Of a stretch of DNA of 64,000 nucleotides, positions 1 to 12,596 are shown in pieces. The notes below the pieces were generated by a model that was not told where the DNA came from, ran no database searches, and saw only the letters and a program-made list of their open reading frames with translations. The DNA comes from Malacoraja senta (Eukaryota). The position numbers and the translations under genes are program-made. Position 1 is the stretch's first letter. Each line of letters begins with the position of its first letter. The stretch is taken from positions 3,722,001-3,786,000 of the forward strand of contig CM075993.1 in NCBI GenBank assembly GCA_038087875.1. The letters run 5' to 3'.

Positions 1-1536
1 TGTGGTCTGATGTAGGGATTATTAAGATGATTCATTTCTAAGACTTAGATAAACGTAGGCAATTAAATTTGTAGCTCAAAATGTACAACTTGCCTTTGCA
101 CAACATGGTAAAGAATATGTTAAGCTTCACTATGCTATGTTTACCTTATTTAACTTTTTTGTTTCTAATTATTTTCTTCGAAAGACCAATCTTTTCACAG
201 CTTTTACTGCCTATCTCATGGGTTGGTTTCAACAGTTTCTACATGACTGCCTCTATCTGTGTCAACCAGAAAAAGATTTCAAGCCTTTTCAACAAAAGGA
301 CAACAGTGTCCTTTATTTGTACAACGCCTTCAATTAGCGTGAATATTATCAAACAAAATCTGACTCAAAGCCACAGGAGAAGATATTGGGGTAGTTAACC
401 AGAAACATAGTCATAGGTATGTTTTAAGGAGTGCATAAAAGAAGGAATGAAAGGCCAAGATGCAAAGAAGTTGATGAGGAAATCTTATGCAACCAGAAAT
501 ATGGCCACTCATCAGATTTGGAAAGAACAGACTTCCTTGAGGTTTACATGCTTGAGCGTGATAAAGAGTGTTCAGGGATTTGAAACGACAGCATAGGTAA
601 ATAGGACCCAGAGCACAACACCAATAGTTTTGGATACCATAGTTTGGAAGCAATAAGATCAAAGCTAACTAGAAGTAGATCGGATGAGGGATGTCTCAAG
701 ATATTAAAGCTTTGGACTGGAGCTGCAGCAGTAGAATTGATGCAGATACATAGTTGAGAGATGGTTTGACCATTAGGGCTCTTGCTTATTCCATGGATAT
801 GTGCTAATAATCTTCTCTAGCAGTTTTATATTTTGGCAAGTTTGTAACTGCTTTATTCAGATGCACGGGCAACGACTAGGGAACTTCTGTCAGCCTGATA
901 ATTGGGTATAAGTGAAAACTCAAAAGATATAATGATGAGGTTAAGCTGGATGCCATCAGCTTACTTGTGGAAAATGATACTGTATTTTCTTTTGAGAGGT
1001 AGGGTTAGCAGACGTAACAGTGCTGGAAGAGAAAGTTGAGCAGGTTAAGAGAAACACAAATGGAATCAAGTGAGCGTCTTCCCACCTAATTAGACAACAG
1101 TTAGGAATGGTGTTGTCAGACATGTAAAAAGCTTCAGACTGGCCAAGAGGATGAGAAGGAATAGATAATCTATGTCGCAATCACAAAGAATGCCATTAGT
1201 GACATTGATAAGAGATGTTTCAGTTCTGGTGGCAGAGTTGCAAACCTGATTGGATCCAAATCAATGGTCCTTTTAAATGGTGAGTTGGTTTACTTATTCA
1301 GTATTTACAGCCACTGGGCTACCACATCAGCATTCTTTCAATTGTGTTTTACTGTATTGTGACAAAGCCTTTTGTTTTAACGTCGTGTGAGTGTTTTCTC
1401 CTCAAAATCTAACATTAAAGTTCTTTATTTTGACAAATCGTTTCTACGGAGTTGCCATGACGTCTCTAATTGAGGCCAATGTTGATATACAGGATTTCCA
1501 AGATTTTAATTGTTGATAATTATGCGGTTCTTTCAG

Positions 1537-1701
1537 ACGTCTTGCTGAAAATGCATTCAGTCGGGATCTGTGGCTCTGATGTCCATTTTTGGCAAAATGG
1601 AAGAATTGGAGATTTTATTTTGAGGAAACCAATGGTCCTGGGGCATGAAGCCTCAGGAACTGTGTTTAAAGTGGGATCTGGAGTCCAACATCTTAAACCA
1701 G
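1537..1701 (+). CDS. SORD: SORD-like copy A, coding exon equivalent to SORD exon 3 (165 bp)
   Basis: tttcag| acceptor, |gtcagt donor. Translates [55 protein letters not shown], with the catalytic Zn ligands (GICGSD, GHE). Exons 1-2 not found, presumed upstream of the window. Confidence 0.95.
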
Positions 1702-1759
1702 GTCAGTCACTAATCCAATAAGTATTATTATGACTTGGCAGATGCCAATGTGTGTGAAG

Positions 1760-1944
1760 ATAGACACAAAAAGCTGGAGTAACTCAGCAGGACAGGCAGC
1801 ATCTCTGGGGAGTAGGAATGGGTGATGTTTCAGGTCGAGACCCTTCTTCAATCTGAAGAAGGGCCTCAACACGAAATGTCGGCCATTCCTTCTCTCCAGA
1901 GATGCTGCCTGTCCTGCTGAGTTACTCCAGCTTTTTGTGTCTAT
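1760..1944. repeat. About 185-bp foldback made of two inverted Penelope-like terminal repeats, in copy A intron 3
   Basis: ATAGACACAAAAAGCTGGAGTAACTCAGCAGGACAGGCAGCATCTCTGG has its exact reverse complement ending at 1944. Confidence 0.88.
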
Positions 1945-2033
1945 TGAGGTAATTTGCTCAGGGTATGATTCACACGGTATATCGCTATATTGATGTGTTT
2001 ACATTATGTGATCCAGCATTATCTCTACTACAG

Positions 2034-2193
2034 GTGACAGAGTTGCCATTGAACCGGGGGTCCCAAGGGAAAATGATGAGCATTGCAGAACTGGACGATA
2101 CAACCTCTCCCCGTCAATTTTCTTCTCTGCAACTCCTCCTGATGATGGACAACTTTGCCAATACAACTTGCACAATGCCAACTATTGCTACAA
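2034..2193 (+). CDS. SORD: SORD-like copy A, exon 4 (160 bp)
   Basis: ctacag|...|gtgagt. [53 protein letters not shown]; phase matches flanking exons. Confidence 0.95.
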
Positions 2194-2947
2194 GTGAGTT
2201 ATATGTTGAGCAATGATCCTGGCAGTTTCACTCAGTAGGATGGAATGTTCAACTACTCCCATACGTGAATGCTGTAATCTTTTGCAATATCTAAAATTTT
2301 CATCTGATCGAATTCCTATTTATCCCACCAAGTAATAAGGAAATGGGAATTCGGGTGTGAATGATCAGCTTTTATTGTGCTCTTCTTAAAATAGTGCACC
2401 TTGCACGCATATCTGAGTTTAATGTAATTCTGTTTTCAAAGCTACCTGAGATGATGTGTCCTGAATAAACAATAGATCTTTATTAAAAAGGCAGCAGCAT
2501 GAATTGCAGTACCACCATATTTTCCAGTATAATGTGGCAAGTTCTAAGATTGCGTACTATTTCTGGAGCTTGTGTGCATCTTCATTGCAGCAGTGTAAAT
2601 TATCGAAGACTGGGAGGTGGGAGTGGGAGATGAATGCATCTCCGTTGCATCTATTCTGAATATGCTACCTTCTACTCAGTGCTTCTGATGTATCTTCCTT
2701 TTTATTCAACAGTGGTGTCCCCTCCACTATATGTAGGTCAGTGCAAGCTAGAGGAATACCACATCGTCTTTCAAACTGGCACATGTCAAGTTCAACAATC
2801 TTAGATAATCATCCATTCATGTCTCCTATCTCATATTTCCAGCAATCACATTTTCTTTCTCCTCTCCTGGCATTTTAGATTTTAATCATCTCCTCTAGAC
2901 ATATCTTAAACACCTTCCTTTCAAGAGACCAAGTGTTGGTGGGGTGG

Positions 2948-3548
2948 GGTGGTTCTACTGCAGTTGTACAGGGTCTTGGTGAGACCACACCTGGAGTATT
3001 GCGTACAGTTTTGGTCTCCTAATCTGAGGAAAGACATTCTTGCCATAGAGGGAGTACAGAGAAGGTTCACCAGACTGATTCCTGGGATGGCAGGACTTTC
3101 ATATGAAGAAAGACTGGATAGACTCGGCTTGTACACGCTAGAATTTAGAAAATTGAGGGGGGATCTTATAGAAACTTACAAAATTCTTAAGGGGTTGGAC
3201 AGACTAGATGCAGGAATATTATTCCCGATGTTGGGGAAGTCCAGAACTAGGGGTCACAGTTTAAGGATAAGAGGAAAGTCTTTTAGGACCGAGATGAGAA
3301 AATCATTTTTTACACAGAGAGTGGTGAATCTGTGGAATTCTCTGCCACAGAAGGTAGTTGAGGCCAGTTCATTGGCTATATTTAAGAGGGAGTTAGATGT
3401 GGCCCTTGTGGCTAAAGGGATCAGGGGGTATGGAGAGAAGGCAGGGATGGGATACTGAGTTGGATGATCAGCCATGATCATATTGAATTGCGGTGCAGGC
3501 TCGAAGGGCCGAATGGCCTACTCCTGCACCTATTTTCTATGTTTCTAT
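2948..3548 (+). mobile_element. CR1 LINE 3' fragment
   Basis: LYRVLVRPHLEYCVQFWSP...RVVNLWNSLP; near-identical to the 3' end of 55793-58914. Confidence 0.9.
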
Positions 3549-4206
3549 CATGGTGGGGGGGGGGGGGGGGGAGGGGAGGAACTAAATTCAATTCCATTCC
3601 TCCAAGAAACAGGGTGAGTGAGTTTGACCCAAATAAATAATGCAAATCTTGGGCGTTATTATTTTCCCTCAAGAATAAAGACATTTCATTTATGTGGTGT
3701 CCTTCGTCATCACCAGATGCACCAAATTATGTATAGCCATTCAGTTTGCTCACAACAAGTCAATCACCGAGCAATATAATAAAGATAACCTGCTTTTACC
3801 TAGCAATGTAAGAAAATCCAATTTTTGTTTAATACAGTTATCTTGCATTGTTTTAAAACCCACTTTGCTTTAAAACCACGGAGAAATGGAGGTTAATGTT
3901 GTATTTCAGAAATTGGTGTCCAATCACAGAAACACCTATTAGAGTTGAGATGGTGAGTTCATTGTGCAATTTTCCATCCAGGATATATGAGGTCTGTCCA
4001 AAGATCTGGTCTGGATACTTATTGAATGAAGCACAATTTCTTAAATCGGGGTACTGATTGTGGATGATCAGCCATGATCACATTGAATGGCGATGCTGGC
4101 TCGAAGGGCCGAATGGTCTACTCCTGCACCTATTGTTTATTGTCTATTGCTCTGTTTCAGTCATGGTCATCTTTTGACAGGAAACTTTTATATTTACTCG
4201 TTTCAG

Positions 4207-4325
4207 GCTCCCTGAATCTGTGAGCTTTGAGGAAGGTGCCTTAATTGAACCTCTTTCCGTTGCTATTCATACCTGCCGCAGAGGAGGAGTAACAATTGGT
4301 AGCCACGTTTTTATATTGGGAGCAG
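4207..4325 (+). CDS. SORD: SORD-like copy A, exon 5 (119 bp)
   Basis: tttcag|...|gtaagc. [40 protein letters not shown]. Confidence 0.95.
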
Positions 4326-5542
4326 GTAAGCAGTTAATTGTTTTAGTTTAGTTTAGAGATATAGCATGGAAACAGGCCCTTCAGCCCACCAAGTCCACAC
4401 CAACTAACGATCACCCGTACACTAGTTCTATCCTACACACTAGGGATAATTTACAGAAGCCAATTAACCTACAAACCTGCACGTCCTCGGAATGTGGGAG
4501 GAAACCCACGTGGTCGCAAGGAGAACGTTCAAGCTCCATACAGACAGCACCCGTAGTTGGGAACCAATCCATCCCTCTGCCACTGTAAGACGACAAATCT
4601 ATCGCTGCTCCACTGTGCTGCCCCAGTATAATTACGTAAGAGATTATTAACATTCTTGGTGTTTCAGTTCCTTTCTTGTCTAATTTTGTAATTTTATTTT
4701 GAAACCCCAGCATGAGTTAGTTGGCACAATCAGATGTTTGGTTATCTGCTTCACTGAATATTTGGTGCCTCCCAAATTGTCACTGTGTGTTACTCTGTAG
4801 GGGTATAATCTTTTGTTACTTGCATGTGTGAAGGCCAAAATCAATACAAACTAAACTTTACATAGCTCGTATTCCTATATTTCATCAAATGGAAGTAATT
4901 CTTTCTTTGTTTATGGCAATTTTAGGCAAGGGAACATAGTGAGTTTTGGTCCCAGTCGGGATCATGAACCCACAGTCTAATCAGATGGTCACGTAATTCT
5001 TCACAGGAAATGTTGATCAGACTTTTCAGGTTGATGTTAATAATTCCCTTGGACACAAAGTGCTGGAGTAACTCAGCATCTCTCGAGAACATGGATAGGC
5101 GACATGTCAAGTCAAGACCCTTCTTCAGACTGATTGTAGGGGGGCAGGGAAAGAAAGCTGACAAGGGGAGAGGCAGGATATGGGTAATGGGTTGATATAG
5201 GCGAGGGTGGTTTGATTGGAACAAAGGCCAGAGATAAGAAGATGTGAGTTTGAAAAGTTGTGGATTGAGAAGCCAAGGGGGGTGGAAGATTGCCCAACCT
5301 TCACTTGTCCGCCGCCCTGTTATGACTAATGCAATCAACTCGACGTGCACAAAGGGAAGATTAAATAGAACAAGATGTCCTAAAACATTAGGCTGTGCAT
5401 GCCACACGGAAGAAGAAGTGAAGCCAAGGCAGGAGAGTGGGGGGGAAGTGGGAGGAGATTTGGAAGGAGAGAAATGTAGTCATTCGCCCTCTCCTGGCCA
5501 AATAAGTTTCTAACATGTCTTTCTTTTTTTTAATGTTTTAAG

Positions 5543-5608
5543 GAACAATTGGACTTGTGAATCTGCTTGTTTGCAAGGCCATGGGAGCATCTCAGATTTT
5601 GATCTGTG
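5543..5608 (+). CDS. SORD: SORD-like copy A, exon 6 (66 bp)
   Basis: tttaag|...|gtacgt. TIGLVNLLVCKAMGASQILICD completes the Rossmann GxGxxG motif. Confidence 0.93.
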
Positions 5609-5785
5609 GTACGTTGTTTGTCATAATTTGTAAAAGTACACAAGAAATTCTAGAACAAAAAATGCTTTTAACTCATTGTGTGCTCCTTTAAGAACCTATG
5701 TTCTTTTATTTTAATATATGCTATACAATTGTTTATGTAGTTGATTAAACTTTGACATGTGGGAGGAAACACATAACACATATAT

Positions 5786-6200
5786 ATCGCCCAACACCTC
5801 CGCTCAATTCGCAATAACCAACCTGATCTCCCGGTGGCTCAGCAATTCAACTCCCCCTCCCATTCGGAATCCAACCTTTCTGTCCTGGGCCTCCTCCATT
5901 TTCCAGAGTGAGGCCCACCGTAAATTGGAGGAGCAGCACCTCATATTTCGCTTGGGTAGTTTACACCCCAGCGGTATGAACATTGACTTCTCCAAATTCA
6001 GGTAGTCCTTGCTTTCTCCCCCCTTCCCAGCTCTCCCACAGCCCACTGTCTCCGCCTCTTCCTTTCTTCTGCCTGCCCATCCCCACATCAGTCTGAAGAA
6101 GTGTCTCGACCCGAGACGTCACCAATTCCTTCGCTCCGCTGAGTTTCTCCAGCATTTTTGTCTACCTTTGATTTTTCCACATCTGCAGTTCCTTCTTAAA
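5786..6200 (+). mobile_element. Penelope-like element 3' fragment
   Basis: KLEEQHLIFRLGSLHPSGMNIDFS plus the same terminal repeat. Further pieces at about 53856-54115 (+), 36404-36625 (-) and 43735-43920 (+). Confidence 0.82.
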
Positions 6201-7881
6201 CATAAGACGTATATTCGATATCTTTAAATGCCACTGTACTTTAGGTCGAGATTTACTGTCTCTGCTTCATGAAGATTAATTAATTCATTAATTTTACTTC
6301 CCTTGCATGCCTCTATCAAAGTTTTTCTACATAAAAATGGTGTAATTTTTCACCATCGTGTCTTTGTTACACCTGAGAAAAGCGAAACAATTAATTAGTC
6401 AAAGATTATTCCCACAACACATGACGTTGCTATTTCTGTGCATTATCGTCTTACTCAACCTATTATAATCCATCTTTAAATACTTAGTTTTTACTGTTCC
6501 TGTTTTATTTTTTAAGAGAGCAATGCTGCATCCTAATGCAGTACCTTGTATCTTTAGAAAACTAACAAAAGGGGGAACTGTGTGCTGGCATGCCAGTGGT
6601 TAAATAAACAATAACTGTTTATATAACAATAAGTGTGGCATCTGGGAGAATTGTGGAAGGCCCCCCTCGGTCATGACTGACCATGGGCGATGTATCCTGG
6701 TCGGATGCAAGCCTGGGCGATGTCATATGGAGGACAGGCTGTTGCCCATGCAGCACGTCCCCCCCTCTCCACGTCGCTGAGGGGCTCCGACTCCGGATTT
6801 TCTTGAGGTTTACTCCTGGAGCCTTTTCCATGACTGGATATGGCCACAAGGCAGTGGAGGTTTTAAATCAGAGTTTTCCCTCTCCTAGATGGACTGCCTT
6901 CCCAGGCTGACGAGCCCCATCTGCCTAGTGGAAGATAACTGGTGTAATTATAATCGCAAGCAAAGGCTTCCTCTCTCAATGAGAAAGGAAATGGAACAAT
7001 GAGACAATAATCTATTGTTCCATAGTCCCGACCAAAAATGTCACCTATCCACATTCTCCAGAGATGCTGCCTGACCTGCAGAGTTACTTCAGCACTCTGT
7101 GTCCTTTTATGTAAACCAGCATCTGCAGTTCCAAGTTTCTTTATTCAGCCATAAATATTGTAGCCTGAAATATTTTGCATTTGTCCTGAAAGGCAAATTA
7201 TACAGTGCCCTCCATAATGTTTGGAACAAAGACCCATCATTTATTTATTTGCCGCTGTACTCCACAATTTGAAATTTGTAATAGGAAAAAAATCACATGT
7301 GGTTAAAGTGCACATTGTCAGATTTTAATAAAAGCCATTTTTATACATTTTGGTTTCATCATGTAGAAATTACAGCAGTGTTATATACATAGTCTATAAT
7401 ACACAGGGCACCATAATGTTTGGGACAGCAATGTCATGTAAATGAAAGTAGTCATGTTTAGTATTTTGTTGCATATCCTTTGCATGCAATGACTGCTTGA
7501 AGTCTGCGATTCATGGACATCACCAGTTGCTGCGTTGGGTGTCTTCTCTGGTGATGCTCTTCCAGGCCTGTATTCAAGCCATCCTTAGCTTATGCTTGTT
7601 TTGGGGGATAGTCCCCTTCAGTTTTCTCTTCAGCATATAAAAGGCATGCTCAATTGGGTTCAGAGCGGGTGATTGACTTGGCCACTCAAGAATTGACAAT
7701 TTTTTAGCTTTGGAAAAACTCCTTTGTTGCTTTAGCAGTATGTTTGGGATCATTGACTTGCTGTAGAATGAACCGCCGGCCAATGAGTTTTGAGCCATTT
7801 GTTTGAACAGATAGGATGTGCCTATACATATCAGAATTCATTATGCTACTACCATCAGCAGTTGTATCATCAATGAAGATA

Positions 7882-10205
7882 CAGTGGCTTGCAAAAGTAT
7901 TCATACCCCTTGAACTTGAAATGTATTTTATTGGGATTTTATGTGATAGACCAACACAAAGTGGCGCATAATTGTGAAGTGGAAGGAAAATGATACATGG
8001 TTTTCAAATTTTTTTACAAATAAAAAACTGAAAAGTGCCACGTGCAAAGGTATTCAGCCCCCCCTGAGTCAATACTTTGTAGAACCACCTTTCGCTACAA
8101 TTACAGCTGCAAGTCTTTTGGGGGTATGTCTCTACCAGCTTTGCACATCTAGGGACTGAAAATTTTGCCCATTCTTCTTTGCAAAACAGCTCAAGCTCAG
8201 TCAGATTGGATGGAGAGCGTCTGTAAACAGCAATTTTCAAGTCTTGCCAGAGATTCTCAATTGGATTTAGGTCTGGACTTTGACTGGGCCATTCTAACAC
8301 ATGAATATGCTTTGATCTAAACCATTCTATTGTAGCTCTGGCTGTATGTTTAGGGATCGTTGTCCTGCTGGAAGGTGAACCTCCGCCTCAGTCTCAAGTC
8401 TTTTGCAGACTCTAACAGGTATTCTTCCAAGATTGCCCTGTATTTGGCTCCATCCATCTTCCCATCAACTCTGACCAGCTTCCCTGTCCCTGCTGAAGAA
8501 AAGCATCCCCACAGCATGATGCTGCCACCACCATGTTTCACAGTGGGGATAATAATAATAATAATACATTTTATTTATGGGCACCTATACAAAAGTCACA
8601 AGGACACCTTACAAAATTTAACAAAGAAACATATAATCAGAGTAAAATAAGTTATAAAGTCATCACCAATACACAAATTAAAGACAGAAATTCGATCCAA
8701 AAAACAACAACAAAAAATTCAGAAACAATGTGAAGAGAGAGCAGCGGCAGCCAAACCGTGCCAGCGTCCACTCTCCCTTCCGACCGCCATCTTGGACACA
8801 GACTAACATAGACAGTACACACAAAAATCATCCCCCCACAATGGTTACCACTGTGGGGGAAGGCACAATGTCCAGTCCCCAACCCCAGTTCTCCCCAACG
8901 TCAGGCCTATTGAGGCCTCCGCTATTGCCTCTACGGAGCTCACCGGAGCTCCAGCGCGTCGATCCAACGCGGCGACCCAGGCAAGGCATCGCCCGCTCCG
9001 CGAAAGCGCTCCAGCGCTGTGTCGCCACCGAAGCCAAGGTGCTGGGCGGTCCCCGTCAGGAAACGGCGCTCCATGCCCACTGGTAGGCCACGAGGATGGG
9101 TCGACGGGGCAGCCCGGAGAAAAAGCTGCCTCACCGACCAGGTAGGGACCTAGAACATATTTACCCCCATTCACCCTACATTTAAAAAGTAGATTACTCC
9201 AACGGACGAGACACTGGACACACTGAAACTATAAAAAAAAGTGAATTAATCGGACGGCTGCTGCTTAGCATCCGTTCCCCAACATGGCTCCTCATTCAGG
9301 GTGATGTGCAGTGTTAGGTTTCCGCAACACATAGCGTTTTGAATTTAGGCCAAAAACTTCAATTTTGGTCTCATCTGACCAGAGCACCTTCCTCCACATG
9401 TTTGCTGTGTCCCCCACATGGCTTGTGGCAAACTGCAAACGGGACTTCTTATGGGGTTTTTTCAACAATGGCTTTCTTCTTGCCACTCTTCCATAAAGGC
9501 CCGATTTGTGGAGTGCACGACTAATAGTTGTCCTGTGGACAGATTCTCCCACCTGAGCTGTGGATCTCTGCAGCTCCTCCAGAGTTACCATGGGCCTCTT
9601 GGCTGCTTCTCTGATCAATGCTCTCCTTGCCCGGCCTGTCAGTTTAGGTGGACGGCCATGTCTTGGTAGGTTTGCAGTTGTGCCATACTCTTTCCATTTT
9701 CGGATGATGGATTGAACAGTGCTCCGTGAGATGTTCAAAGCTTGGGATATTTGTTTATAACCTAACCCTGCTTTAAACTTCTCCACAACTTTATCCCTGA
9801 CCTGTCTGGTGTGTTCCTTGGGCTTCATGATGCTGTTTGTTCACTAATGTTCTCTAACAAACCTCTGAGGCCTTCACAGAACAGCTGTATTTATACTGAG
9901 ATTAGATTACACACAAGTGGACTCTATTTACTAATTAGGTGACTTCTGAAGGCAATTGGTTGCACTGGATTTTATTTAGGGGTATCAGAGTTAAGGGGGC
10001 TGAATACTTTTGCACGCGACACTTTTCAGTTTTTTATTTGTAAAAAAATTTGAAAACCATGTATCATTTTCCTTCCACTTCACAATTATGCGCCACTTTG
10101 TGTTGGTCTATCACATAAAATCCCAATAAAATACATTTATATTTGGTTGTAACGTGACAAAATGTGGAAAAGTTCAAGGGGTATGAATACTTTTGCAAGC
10201 CACTG
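7882..10205 (-). mobile_element. Second copy of the Passport-like Tc1, disrupted, inserted in the older Tc1
   Basis: TA duplication at 7880-7881 and 10206-10207. ORF pieces 9292-9828, 8350-8541 and 8004-8300 nearly identical to 17852-18871. Small deletion in one TIR; C-terminal frameshift. Confidence 0.93.
8551..9294 (-). mobile_element. Unclassified non-coding retroposon-like insertion with (TTA)n tail inside the Tc1 transposase
   Basis: Interrupts transposase sequence between cagtggggat and ttcagggtg, with loss of 6 bp. Homologous copy at about 42726-43255. Confidence 0.75.
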
Positions 10206-10822
10206 TAAGTGAGCCAGTACCTTCAACAGCCATACATGCCCAGGCCATAACAACCCCCACCACCATGTTTCACAGATGACGTGGTATGTAGTAGCCATGA
10301 AAATCTGTCACTACAGTATGCTTTGGATCTTGGGCAGTTCCTTCTCTCCTCCATAATTTGCTCTTGCCATCACTCTGATATGTTAATCTTTGTCTCATCT
10401 GTCCACAAAACATTTTTTCCAGACTGTGGTTGCTCTTTAAAGTACTTCTTGATAAACTGTAACCTGGCCATCATACATTTGCGGCTAACCAGTGGTTTGC
10501 ATCTTGCAGTGTTGCCTCTGTATTTCTGTTCATGAAGTCTTCTGCGGACAGTGGTCATTGACAAATCTACACCTGACTCCTGAAGAGTGTTTCTGATCTG
10601 TCGGATATGTGTTTGGGAATTTTTCTTTATTATAGGGAGAATTCTTCTGTCATCAGTTTAAACACTAATTTCTACATGGTGAAACCAAAATGTATAAAAA
10701 TACCCTTTAATGAAATCTGACAATGTGCACTTTAACCACATGTGATTTTTTTTCTATTACAAATCTCAAATTGTGGAGTACGGAGGCAAATAAATAAATG
10801 ATGGGTCTTTGTCCCAAACATT

Positions 10823-11310
10823 CAGATTCAGATTCAGAAAACTTTATTGTCTGTCATAACAGAAAATCTTCTTTGGTGTGGTTCAACATACAAACAGGAC
10901 AATGTACTGATAAGCAGTCATACAACACAGATTTCTGCGAGCACACACCGTGTGTATAGATCTTAAAAGCAAGTATAAGGATTAAAAACTGTAAAAATAG
11001 ACAAGATGAAAGTTGTGGATACGTGTAAAGTGACAATGCGTCGGGGTTAATTTGTCCATTGTTCATTTTTTATTTAAGCTGTTTATGGCAATGGGTATGA
11101 ATGAGTTTTTGTGGATGTTTTTCTTAGATAGGGGGACTTTATATCGGCGGCCTGATGGCAGAAGTTGGAAGGACTTGTGCAGGGGGTGGGTGGGATCCTG
11201 TGTAATGAGGTTGGCTTTCCTTTTAACTGCCTGGGTGTGAAGTACTGATAATTGATTTTGAGTTTTGCCAGTTATTTTGCTTGTTTGATTGATAATCCGG
11301 GAAAGCTTTG
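10823..11310 (-). mobile_element. LINE 3' fragment (Rex/L2-like) with (CTGAAT)n tail, inserted in the outer Tc1 TIR
   Basis: ttcagattcagattcag...tttattg is the reverse of a polyA signal plus tandem tail; splits the TIR. Confidence 0.6.
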
Positions 11311-11380
11311 ATTATGGAGGGCACTTGTAAGGCTTTCCCAGATGTAACCCTGGTAAACGAAACGGGCTGCTCTATTACAG

Positions 11381-11562
11381 ATCTGTCACTAAACCGACTG
11401 AAAAGGGCAAAGCAGATGGGAGCTAATTTCACCATTGCTGTAGAGAAAAACACAAGTGCCAAGGAACTGAGCCAAAAAGTGAAGGAAGCTCTTGGTGGAG
11501 CAATGCCTGATATATCTATTGAGTGCACTGGGGCAGAATTATGTATCCAAGCAGGTATTCAT
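11381..11562 (+). CDS. SORD: SORD-like copy A, exon 7 (182 bp; 2 codons longer than copy B)
   Basis: ttacag|...|gtgagt. LSLNRLKRAKQMGANFTIAVEKNTSAKELSQKVKEALGGAMPDISIECTGAELCIQAGIH. Confidence 0.93.
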
Positions 11563-12474
11563 GTGAGTACCACTGAGTATTAAATTACCTATGTAATTTT
11601 AAAGAAAATTATCTCAATGAATGTGGTCAAGGTGCAATATAAAATATGGAACAGTAGGTGGACACAGTTGTTTAGCTAGCTTAGCAGCTGAGCTGAAGAC
11701 GGCACACCCCTTTTGTAAGCTGTCAGTTGCTGACCTCAAGAGTTCAGGGATGATCTTGCCACGTTGAAAAAGGTCAATTCAGCCATTTCCTACCAGATTT
11801 CCAAACAAGAACTGCTCATAAGTCACCCCCCCACCCCCCACACACACACCCCAGGTTGCTATGATATAGATTGCAAAGATGATATGAACATATTCTGTGA
11901 AATAATAGCATTCCAATGACAGCATCAAAGCTCGTTTATTTTAATGCTTGTTATTAATTCTGAAGATGTAGATGCTACTGGCCTTTTACCCTTCCTTTAT
12001 GTCCGTGAGAAAGTAGCTAGCTTCTTCCTTCTAATAATTTCTTTATAACCAACCCTTCACAGTTTGCTAAATCTACACAGATTTATGTCCCAAATTACTA
12101 AGTTTTTGAATCTACGTGGTATATTCTAGATCACTGACGTGAAAATGAGCCCAGAATTGGCAAGCCATCTTCTTGTTCTTTCAGTCACAATCCTGCATCC
12201 ATTTGATGCACTCCTACCTAATCTAACGCTAACATTTTGTTTGAGGAAACAGTTGGGTAATTTTGTAATATTTCTGTATCCCTTATACAAGAAATTAAAA
12301 AAGCATGATTTGTAATAGATTTTCATAAGGTTTGAATTTGAATAAACTTTTCTGTTATGGAATCATCTTGAATATAGCTGCATACTTTGGAAGAATTTTG
12401 GCACAAATTGTAATGACTACTGAAAATTTGAATGAAGATTTTAATTGATCAAATGTATTTGCTTGCTTTCTCAG

Positions 12475-12596
12475 GCAACAAAGTCTGGCGGCGTTTTCGT
12501 TATGGTTGGTTTGGGCAAACCTTTTGCAAATATTCCAATGTTAGAAGTGGGAATTCGGGAGATAGATATCCGTGGGGTATTCCGATATTGCAACAC
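12475..12596 (+). CDS. SORD: SORD-like copy A, exon 8 (122 bp)
   Basis: tctcag|...|gtaagt. [41 protein letters not shown]. Confidence 0.95.

Larger units (their letters stand above)
7203..11327 (-). mobile_element. Older decayed Tc1-family transposon (outer element of the nested stack in copy A intron 6)
   Basis: Starts TA|CAGTGCCCTCCATAATG. The inverted end is split: most at about 10670-10822, terminal ATTATGGAGGGCACTTG at 11311-11327. Minus-strand remnants VLWTDETK, GTGSLIFIDD, NDPKH, WPSQSPALNPIE. Confidence 0.85.

Noticed and set aside
1..1536. Exons 1-2 of copy A, and ORFs 81-398, 411-662 and 956-1180
   Set aside because: No SORD-like exon with proper splice sites found. The ORFs have no recognisable motifs and the region looks like decayed repeat or intron.
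6620..6930. Possible RTE 5' UTR with an HDV-like ribozyme
   Set aside because: Looks repeat-derived, but I could not assign the nested double pseudoknot by eye.
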